Source: an uncultured Pelagibacteraceae bacterium (GTDB lineage Bacteria; Pseudomonadota; Alphaproteobacteria; Pelagibacterales; Pelagibacteraceae). From it: 64,000 nt of DNA. Numbering within the stretch: the first letter of the stretch is position 1; each line of letters begins with the position of its first letter. Location of the stretch: contig CACHWJ010000005.1 of NCBI GenBank assembly GCA_902583635.1, positions 10,294 through 74,293 of the forward strand, read 5' to 3'. The notes under the pieces were generated by a model. The model worked only from the letters and a program-made list of their open reading frames with translations, did not search any database and was not told the DNA's origin. This document shows positions 42,810-49,859 of the stretch, piece by piece. Both the position numbers and the translations under genes were made by a program.

Positions 42810-44893
42810 TAAAGAACATCTCTTTTGCCAACATGATTAGCTTTACTAACTATGCCATCTGCTTCCATCATATCAATAATTCTTGCAGCTCTATTGTAAC
42901 CTATTTGCAGTTTTCTTTGTAAAAAAGAGGTTGAGGCTTTACCTTCAGACCTTATTATTTCCAAAGCTTGATGGTAGAGCTCATCTTTATCGTTTTGGTT
43001 AGGATTGTCTCCAATTTCTTTTTCATCTGCAAAATTTAATATTTCATCTATATAATCTGGTTCAGCTTGTGACCTTAAAAAGTTATTGATTTTTTCTATT
43101 TCATTTTCTGAAACAAAAGGTGCATGAATCCTAACTATTCGATTAGCAGAAGACATGTAAAGCATATCACCCTTACCTAACAATTGTTCTGCTCCTTGCT
43201 CCCCTAGAATTGTTCGACTATCAATTTTTGATGTAACTTGAAAAGATATTCTTGTAGGAAAATTTGCTTTGATAGTTCCTGTAATGACGTCAACACTTGG
43301 TCTCTGAGTTGCCATAATAATATGAATTCCAGCTGCCCTCGCCATTTGAGAAAGTTTCTGAATATAATTTTCAATTTCTTTACCTGCTACTAACATTAGG
43401 TCAGACATTTCATCCACCACTACAACTATATAAGGCATCGGAAGTTTGTGTTTTACATTATAACCATCAATATTTCTCACACCCTCTTTGGTCATAAGTC
43501 TGTATCTACTTTCCATTTCTTTAACCACCCATCCCAGTACGGAGGTAGCTTTTTTGGCCTCAGTTATTACTGGGCACAATAAGTGTGGTATACCTTCGTA
43601 TGTTGATAACTCAAGCATCTTTGGGTCAATTAAAATGAATTTACATTTATCTGGCGGGTGTCGATAAAGAAGGGATAAAATAATGGTATTAATACAAACT
43701 GATTTTCCAGACCCAGTAGTCCCTGCAATCAATAGGTGAGGCATAGAAAATAAATCTCCAACAATAGGCTTGCCTGATATATTTTTACCAAGTGCTATCG
43801 GTAATTTTATTTCTTTTTTCTTAAAATCTTTTGTGTTTAATATTTCACTTAGATAAACATTCTCTCTTGAACTGTTTGGAAGCTCTATCCCAATGGTATT
43901 ACTTCCAGGTATTATTGCTATCCTTGCAGACTCTGAACTTGTATTTCTTGCAATATCATCTGATAAATTTATAATTTTAGAAACTTTAACACCTGCAGCT
44001 GGTTCAAATTCATTAAGAGTAACTACTGGACCATGACTTACTTTTTTTATATCACCATTAACACCAAAATCTAAAAGAATTTTTTCTAAAAACTCTGAAT
44101 CATTTGATTTATTCAGGTCAGAATTTTCTCTTTCTTTTTTAGTTGGAACTTTTAATAAATCAAAACTTGGAAGTTTAAATTTTATTTTCTCATTATTTTT
44201 ATTTTCTGCTTTTATAAAAGGAAGGTCTTCTTGGATAAGATTTTTTATTTCATCTTGAGGGATATATTCATTTATAACTTCACTTTTATCAGTATAATTT
44301 TTTTCTCCTTTTTTGAAAAAGAAATTATAAATATTTTTAATTGAATTATAAGATTTAATTGGATTAAAATTGATACTTACCAAAAATAAGATAGATATTA
44401 AAAAAATTAAAATATAAAACGAAGTTATTTCGTGAATTTGTATCAATGAATTTAAAAAAGTTTGATTAAAATAATTACCAACAAAACCACCATTTCCATT
44501 TATATAAAGTGTAAAATTATCAGCATAGAAATAGCTAAAAAATAGTGTTCCAAAAATACAATAAATTGTCGTAAAAAAAATATTTTCAACTAATAGAAAA
44601 AATTCTTTAAGCCTTAATATATTAATTCCACTCAAAATAAGGGTGAAAGATACCAGATAAGAGATCAACCCCACAGATTGAAAGAATAAATCTGAAATAA
44701 AGCTACCTTGAAAACCTAATATATTTTTAATGTTTGTGTTATCTGGAAATATAAAGTTAGGATCTTCAGGTGAGTATGAAATTAATGAAATTAGTAGCAG
44801 GGAACCTGCTACAAATACTAATATTCCAAAAATTTCTGCTAAACGTTTTATAGCGAAATTAAGTAATAAATTAGCTGATTTTTTAATATCCAT
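42809..44893 (-). CDS. ftsK: DNA translocase FtsK
   Basis: 4TM N-terminus, PHLLIAGTTGSGKS, ATQRPSVDV, gamma domain LQRKLQIGYNRAA. Confidence 0.98.
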   Translation of the reverse strand: MDIKKSANLLLNFAIKRLAEIFGILVFVAGSLLLISLISYSPEDPNFIFPDNTNIKNILGFQGSFISDLFFQSVGLISYLVSFTLILSGINILRLKEFFLLVENIFFTTIYCIFGTLFFSYFYADNFTLYINGNGGFVGNYFNQTFLNSLIQIHEITSFYILIFLISILFLVSINFNPIKSYNSIKNIYNFFFKKGEKNYTDKSEVINEYIPQDEIKNLIQEDLPFIKAENKNNEKIKFKLPSFDLLKVPTKKERENSDLNKSNDSEFLEKILLDFGVNGDIKKVSHGPVVTLNEFEPAAGVKVSKIINLSDDIARNTSSESARIAIIPGSNTIGIELPNSSRENVYLSEILNTKDFKKKEIKLPIALGKNISGKPIVGDLFSMPHLLIAGTTGSGKSVCINTIILSLLYRHPPDKCKFILIDPKMLELSTYEGIPHLLCPVITEAKKATSVLGWVVKEMESRYRLMTKEGVRNIDGYNVKHKLPMPYIVVVVDEMSDLMLVAGKEIENYIQKLSQMARAAGIHIIMATQRPSVDVITGTIKANFPTRISFQVTSKIDSRTILGEQGAEQLLGKGDMLYMSSANRIVRIHAPFVSENEIEKINNFLRSQAEPDYIDEILNFADEKEIGDNPNQNDKDELYHQALEIIRSEGKASTSFLQRKLQIGYNRAARIIDMMEADGIVSKANHVGKRDVL

Positions 44894-44953
44894 ATATGAA
44901 TCAATTTAATCACTTTGTATCATCTAATTTTTGTTGTTAAAATTAAAAATAAT

Positions 44954-46021
44954 ATGAGAGTTTGTATATTAGGAGCTGGCTTAACAAGTTTAACTTTAGC
45001 AAAAGCTTTAGTTAATCAAAATATATATGTAGATCTTTATTCTCAAAAAAAAATAAATTTACCGCATAAGTCAAGAACCATTGGTATTTCTAAGAGTAAT
45101 ATTGAATTTTTTAATAATTCGATAATGAATGTAGACAAAATTGCTTGGAAATTGAAAAAAATTGAAATTTTTTCAGATAATTTGGGGAAAGAAAAATTAA
45201 TTAATTTTGAAAATAATCATAATGAGCTTTTTTCTATTATTAGAAATCAAAAACTCTTTGAGTCTTTAATAAAAAGTTTATCCAAAGATAAACATTTCAA
45301 AAGAATTAATTCTTTAAAAAATTTTAATTCATTGGATAATTATAGTCTTATTATTAACACTGATTTTACCAGTCCAATTACAAAAAAGTATTTCAGTCGA
45401 AAAATTTTAAAACAATATAATAGTTCTGCCTATACGACAATTATACAACATGAAAAAATTATCAATGATATTGCAGTACAAATTTTTACAAAATTAGGTC
45501 CCTTAGCCTTTTTACCTATTTCTGAAAAAGAAACCTCTGTTGTTTATTCTTTCTATAATAAAAAAAATGAAAATATTAATGACCTAATTGAAAAGTATAA
45601 TCGTAAATATAAAATTCTTAAAATAGAAAAAATTAATTCTTTTGAGTTAAAGTCTTTGAATTTAAGATCATACTACCAAGATAATATATTAGCTTTTGGT
45701 GATTTGTTACACAGAATACACCCCCTTGCTGGCCAAGGTTTCAATATGACTATTCGTGATATTAAAATTCTTTTAGAAATAATTGCAAGTAAATACAGCT
45801 TAGGTTTAGCCCTAGATAGTTCTGTCAATTATGAATTTGAAAAAAAATTGAAACACAAAAATTTTATATTTTCTAATGGGATCGATATAATTCATGAATT
45901 TTTTAATTTTGAGAGAAAAATAAATAACAGTTTTTTAAGTAAATCTGTTCAATTATTAAATAAGAGTTCTAAAGTTAATAAATTTTTTACAAAAATTGCT
46001 GATAGAGGGACTTTAATTTAA
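44954..46021 (+). CDS. FAD-dependent ubiquinone biosynthesis hydroxylase (UbiH/UbiF/UbiL family)
   Basis: ILGAGLT Rossmann motif, GPLAFLP, GDLLHRIHPLAGQGFN; start at ATG 44954. Confidence 0.9.
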   Translation: MRVCILGAGLTSLTLAKALVNQNIYVDLYSQKKINLPHKSRTIGISKSNIEFFNNSIMNVDKIAWKLKKIEIFSDNLGKEKLINFENNHNELFSIIRNQKLFESLIKSLSKDKHFKRINSLKNFNSLDNYSLIINTDFTSPITKKYFSRKILKQYNSSAYTTIIQHEKIINDIAVQIFTKLGPLAFLPISEKETSVVYSFYNKKNENINDLIEKYNRKYKILKIEKINSFELKSLNLRSYYQDNILAFGDLLHRIHPLAGQGFNMTIRDIKILLEIIASKYSLGLALDSSVNYEFEKKLKHKNFIFSNGIDIIHEFFNFERKINNSFLSKSVQLLNKSSKVNKFFTKIADRGTLI

Positions 46022-46022
46022 T

Positions 46023-46667
46023 CTATTGGATAGTTGTATTGTCGTATACATCATAAGTATATGTACTTAAGATTTCAGCTATTTTATTTTTTCTCATAGC
46101 TAAATTTTTAGCCTCTAATAATACTTGTTTTTCTTCTATTGAAAACGGAGATGCCATGGCAAGTGCATTTATTGTTTCATCAAGGCTTTGTTTTTCTAAT
46201 GCCTTCCAATTAATTATAAAACCTCTTTTTTCAAACAATGATTTTAAATCTTTAAAAATTAATTCAAGATCAGAGAATTTAAGATCCTCTTTTTCATTTG
46301 TTAAATCTTGGAAAAAATTTTCATAGTTCACCTTTAAAATTCTGTATTTTTTTTCAGTAGTTAATTCCTCTATATTTTCAAATCTTATTAAGCCTTTTAA
46401 TTCAATTAAATAACGTCCATCTTCAGTCTCTTTAAAACTTGTTATTTTTCCTAAACAGCCAACTTCATGTAGTTTAGGATTTTCATTTCCAATAGCTGCA
46501 CTTTTGGGCTGTATCATACCGATAGTTTTGTTTGATTTCATACTATCATTTATCATATCAATATAACGAGGCTCAAAAATATTTAATGGCACAGCCGTCT
46601 TAGGAAAGATTATAAAGTTACTTAGCGGAAAGACTGGTATCTGTGTAGGAAGATCTTCTTTTTTCAT
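46023..46667 (-). CDS. LON peptidase substrate-binding domain protein
   Basis: PVFPL, PLNIFEPRY, IGMIQP, VGCLGKI, EKQVLLE. Confidence 0.92.
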   Translation of the reverse strand: MKKEDLPTQIPVFPLSNFIIFPKTAVPLNIFEPRYIDMINDSMKSNKTIGMIQPKSAAIGNENPKLHEVGCLGKITSFKETEDGRYLIELKGLIRFENIEELTTEKKYRILKVNYENFFQDLTNEKEDLKFSDLELIFKDLKSLFEKRGFIINWKALEKQSLDETINALAMASPFSIEEKQVLLEAKNLAMRKNKIAEILSTYTYDVYDNTTIQ

Positions 46668-46823
46668 ATTATAAATTATTATAACATATCTATTGTTATT
46701 TTGTATTTATTGAGTGAAAAAAAAGTCTTTTTGCCTACAATATGGTTTATGTTACTTTTGTAAAACTTTATTTTATATTATAATTTATATATTTTGGCAT
46801 GTTCTGTCGCAAGCCATTAAAAG

Positions 46824-47660
46824 TTAGTATTTTTTTTCTATTTTTATTTTTGAAAGAATTTTTCTAAATTTATCGATATTTTTTTCATTAGTTTTTTTGT
46901 CTAATAATCTTACTAGATAATCAACTAAATCATATGATTTAAAAGAATGAAATAATATTAGAATAAGTTTTTTTAGATTATTTGTATTATAGCTTTCAAT
47001 CTTTTTTAAATTTTTAATTAAAACACAGTCTAATTGAAAAAGATGATGTAATCCAATATAAGGATTTTTAGAGATAATAGTAGGTTTGAAGCTTCTGGTG
47101 TTTACACGATTAAACATATGAAGAGAAAATCCTAACTTTTCAAGTTGAATAATTGTAGACGCGAATGTTTTCTCTTTTTTGTACAACGGGGTAGGAGATG
47201 TTTCAAGTTGCACTACTAAACAATTTTTAATCTTATCTCCACCATGATTTATAATTTCACTTTCATACCCCTGAACATCAATTTTTAAAAAATCAATGTC
47301 ATCTTTGATATCTGTTAATTTTTTAGTTTTTACTTTAATTTTATTAATAATTTTAGACCACTCTTCAAATCCATGAAAATTTTTTAAATAATCTAAATCA
47401 GGCTTTAGAAAAGAAGACATTCCAACAGCCTTACAAACATTTAATATTTTCTCAGTTCCATCTCCAATTCCAAAATTATAATATTTTTTTTTAGGATTGT
47501 TTTTATCAAGTTTTTGAAATTCATGATTGTTAGGTTCAAATCCAATTAACTTGCTGTTTGTATTTATGAACAGTTCGTCTATGAAATCTGTTTTATCTAT
47601 CGGGCTAGCACCTATGTCACAAATTTGAATTGGGGTTTCTGATTGAATAAAATTAATCAT
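46824..47660 (-). CDS. FkbM-family methyltransferase
   Basis: DIGA, IGFEP, DFLKIDVQGYE motifs. Confidence 0.85.
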   Translation of the reverse strand: MINFIQSETPIQICDIGASPIDKTDFIDELFINTNSKLIGFEPNNHEFQKLDKNNPKKKYYNFGIGDGTEKILNVCKAVGMSSFLKPDLDYLKNFHGFEEWSKIINKIKVKTKKLTDIKDDIDFLKIDVQGYESEIINHGGDKIKNCLVVQLETSPTPLYKKEKTFASTIIQLEKLGFSLHMFNRVNTRSFKPTIISKNPYIGLHHLFQLDCVLIKNLKKIESYNTNNLKKLILILFHSFKSYDLVDYLVRLLDKKTNEKNIDKFRKILSKIKIEKKY

Positions 47661-47740
47661 TATTCATTATAGCATTGAAAAAAACTGTGCACACAAATTT
47701 GGCTAAAATTTATTTTCAATTTACTTATTTTAACTATTGC

Positions 47741-47769
47741 TTGCATTTTAAAAACTCACTATTTATAAT
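47741..47769 (+). promoter_or_regulatory. Sigma70 promoter in front of the truncated tRNA-Gly copy
   Basis: TTGCAT-N17-TATAAT, 13 nt before the tRNA 5' end. Confidence 0.8.
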
Positions 47770-47782
47770 AACTTTTAAACAA

Positions 47783-47823
47783 GCGGGCATAGCTCAGTGG
47801 TAGAGCGTCTCGTTGCCAACGAG
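47783..47823 (+). pseudogene. 5' fragment of tRNA-Gly(GCC) (att-site remnant)
   Basis: Identical to nt 1-41 of the intact tRNA at 49430; no T arm or 3' acceptor strand follows. Confidence 0.92.
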
Positions 47824-47876
47824 GTAGTCCTTGGTTTTTTATCCTTGCTAATCTTAGTCTTTCTCAACGTCTAGTT

Positions 47877-47909
47877 AATCTCGACACACTCACGACACAC
47901 TTTGACACA
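47877..47909 (+). repeat. Left GACACA repeat array (putative recombinase arm-type sites)
   Basis: AATCTCGACACACTCACGACACA (47877-47899) plus a third GACACA; hexamers at 47883, 47894 and 47904. Confidence 0.85.
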
Positions 47910-47945
47910 GAAAAGAAAAATTATGGTGAGTGGAATAAAATATAA

Positions 47946-47990
47946 TTGTAATTAAACTGTTACAAATTTTTCATCTTGTTTTGATAACTT
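47946..47990 (+). promoter_or_regulatory. Pho-box-like (PhoB) promoter of the cargo gene
   Basis: TTGTAAT-TAAA-CTGTTAC-AAAT-TTTTCAT: three CTGTCAT-like half-sites at 11-bp period, then 10 nt, then TAACTT (-10-like). Confidence 0.7.
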
Positions 47991-48016
47991 TTCAGAAAAT
48001 CAAATAGGAATATATA

Positions 48017-49267
48017 ATGATAAAATTAATCTTAGCAGGCCTTCTGGCCTCAACTGCATTTGTTAGCACAGTAAATGCAGACTTTAAAGAAATTGGGAAA
48101 TTTGGAACACCAGCAAATAACCCTAGTGCTGAAGAAACTTCAGCAGAAATAATTGCAGCAACAGCAGATGGCATGAAACTGGTATATAGCGATAGCCCTG
48201 CAAACGCATTAGGCATGATTGATATTACTGATCCAGCAAATCCGAAACCATTAGGCCACATGCATTTAGGTGGTGAACCAACTAGTGTTGCAATCAAAAA
48301 TGGACAAGCATTTGTAGGTATTAATACTTCTTTAAACTACGTAGAGCCAAGTGGTCACTTATTAATTGTTGATCTTGACTCAGGAAAAGAAGTTACAAAA
48401 GTAGAACTAGGTGGACAACCAGACTCGGTTGCAGTTAGTCCAGATGGAACTTTTGTAGCAATAGCTATTGAAAATGAACGTAACGAAGATATCAACGATG
48501 AAAAAATTCCACAACTTCCAGGGGGTTTTGTGGCAATCGTTAATTTAGCAGATAACAGTGTTACTAAAGCGGACTTAGTTGGTTTTTCAACTATTGCTCC
48601 TAACGATCCAGAGCCTGAGTTTGTTGATATCAATAATTTAGGTGAAATAGTTGTTACTATCCAAGAGAATAACTGGATGGCGGTTATTGATCGAAGTGGA
48701 AAAGTAATTTCAGAGTTTGATGCAGGACTAGTAACATTAGAAGGTGTTGACAATAAAAAAGACGGTGAACTAAAGATGGTTGATACCATTGAGAATGTTC
48801 GTAGAGAACCAGACGCAGTTAAGTGGATTGACAATGATCATTTTGCAACTGCAAATGAAGGTGACTATAAACATGAAGCACCGGGTCAAGCAAAACGTGG
48901 TGGTAGTCGTGGATGGACAATCTTTAATAAAAATGGTTCGGTGGTATACGAGTCAGGTTCGTCATATGAAAGAGCACTCGCTTCAGCAGGTTACTGGCCA
49001 GAAAAACGTGCAGAGAAAAAAGGTGTAGAACCAGAGTCAGTTGAAGTAGCAATGTATGGTGATACACGTTATATCTTTGTTGGTGCTGAAAGAGCAAATG
49101 CTATCGGTGTTTATAAAGCAAATGATTTAACAAACCCAGAATTAGTTACTATATTACCAACAGGTATTGGACCAGAAGGTTTAGTTGCAATTCCACAACG
49201 TAACTTATTTATAAGTGCTAACGAAAAGGACTTAGAGAAATCAGTTACAATTTATAGCTTAGATTAA
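48017..49267 (+). CDS. Secreted beta-propeller protein, alkaline-phosphatase-associated (choice-of-anchor I-like)
   Basis: Sec signal (VNA/D), AGGA RBS; motifs QPDSVAVSPDG..AIENE, DPEPE, TANEGD, KKGVEPE, GAERA, GPEGL. Enzymatic activity is inferred. Confidence 0.75.
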   Translation: MIKLILAGLLASTAFVSTVNADFKEIGKFGTPANNPSAEETSAEIIAATADGMKLVYSDSPANALGMIDITDPANPKPLGHMHLGGEPTSVAIKNGQAFVGINTSLNYVEPSGHLLIVDLDSGKEVTKVELGGQPDSVAVSPDGTFVAIAIENERNEDINDEKIPQLPGGFVAIVNLADNSVTKADLVGFSTIAPNDPEPEFVDINNLGEIVVTIQENNWMAVIDRSGKVISEFDAGLVTLEGVDNKKDGELKMVDTIENVRREPDAVKWIDNDHFATANEGDYKHEAPGQAKRGGSRGWTIFNKNGSVVYESGSSYERALASAGYWPEKRAEKKGVEPESVEVAMYGDTRYIFVGAERANAIGVYKANDLTNPELVTILPTGIGPEGLVAIPQRNLFISANEKDLEKSVTIYSLD

Positions 49268-49283
49268 TAACTAAATTTAACTT

Positions 49284-49303
49284 GTGGGGGCGTTAGCCCC
49301 CAC
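49284..49303 (+). terminator. GC-rich hairpin after the cargo gene
   Basis: GTGGGGGC-GTTA-GCCCCCAC, 16 nt after the stop; no strong U-tract. Confidence 0.6.
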
Positions 49304-49331
49304 CATAAACTTTCATGTAAAGTTTTAAAAA

Positions 49332-49354
49332 AATCTCGACACACTCACGACACA
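49332..49354 (+). repeat. Right GACACA repeat (exact 23-bp copy of the left repeat)
   Basis: AATCTCGACACACTCACGACACA, same orientation as 47877-47899. Confidence 0.9.
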
Positions 49355-49387
49355 GTTGGTGATAAATTTTACTAATTTAACTAATAC

Positions 49388-49416
49388 TTGCATTTCTAAA
49401 AAGCGCTATCTATAAT
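49388..49416 (+). promoter_or_regulatory. Sigma70 promoter of the intact tRNA-Gly
   Basis: TTGCAT-N17-TATAAT; a diverged homolog of the 47741-47769 promoter. Confidence 0.8.
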
Positions 49417-49429
49417 AGTTTTTTAACAA

Positions 49430-49504
49430 GCGGGCATAGCTCAGTGGTAGAGCGTCTCGTTGCCAACGAGAAGGTCGAGGGTTCGACCCCCTTTGCCCGC
49501 TCCA
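49430..49504 (+). tRNA. tRNA-Gly(GCC)
   Basis: Acceptor GCGGGCA/TGCCCGC, D arm GCTC/GAGC, anticodon arm TCTCG-TTGCCAA-CGAGA, GGTTCGA T loop, discriminator U, encoded CCA. Confidence 0.98.
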
Positions 49505-49514
49505 AATTTGAATT

Positions 49515-49859
49515 ATGAGTGATTTATTAAATAAAAAATGTATGCCCTGTGAAGGTGGAGTCTTGCCTTTTGATGTATCTGAAATTCATAAGTACCAAAA
49601 AAAAGTGGACGGATGGGATATTACAAAAGGTGACGATGAAATATTTTTCTTATCAAAAAAATTTAGTTTTGAAAATTTTTTGAAAAGTCAAGATTTCGTA
49701 AATGAAGTAGGCAAAATATCTGAGAATGAAGGACATCATCCTGATATCTCTTTTGGTTGGGGATATGCTGAAATTAAAGTTACTACTCATGCTATTAAGG
49801 GTCTTTCTGAAAATGATTTTATCTTAGCTGCAAAAATAGATAAAATAACTAATGCCTAA
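49515..49859 (+). CDS. phhB: Pterin-4-alpha-carbinolamine dehydratase
   Basis: CMPCEGG, EGHHPDI, THAIKGLSENDFILAAKID. Confidence 0.92.
   Translation: MSDLLNKKCMPCEGGVLPFDVSEIHKYQKKVDGWDITKGDDEIFFLSKKFSFENFLKSQDFVNEVGKISENEGHHPDISFGWGYAEIKVTTHAIKGLSENDFILAAKIDKITNA

Larger units (their letters stand above)
47778..49470. mobile_element. Integrase-less mini-island inserted in tRNA-Gly(GCC)
   Basis: 46-bp exact direct repeats 47778-47823 and 49425-49470 (tRNA 5' half through the anticodon arm), 1647 bp apart. Internal terminal 23-bp repeats; one cargo gene with foreign Arg codon usage. Confidence 0.85.

Noticed and set aside
46668-46823. Small ORF or ncRNA between the LON-domain and FkbM genes
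   Set aside because: The minus-strand ATG at 46800 closes after 10 codons; no stable structure seen.
47783-47860. Second functional tRNA-Gly or intron-split tRNA
   Set aside because: No T arm or 3' acceptor strand follows; the downstream copy is already complete, and no group I/II intron features are visible.
47992-49028. ORFs 47992-48297, 48355-48834 and 48780-49028 as a hidden integrase or excisionase
   Set aside because: Antisense or alternate-frame shadows of the cargo gene; no tyrosine or serine recombinase motifs.
47877-49354. GACACA repeats as a CRISPR array or iterons
   Set aside because: Only two 23-bp copies 1.45 kb apart, no spacers, and no cas or rep gene.
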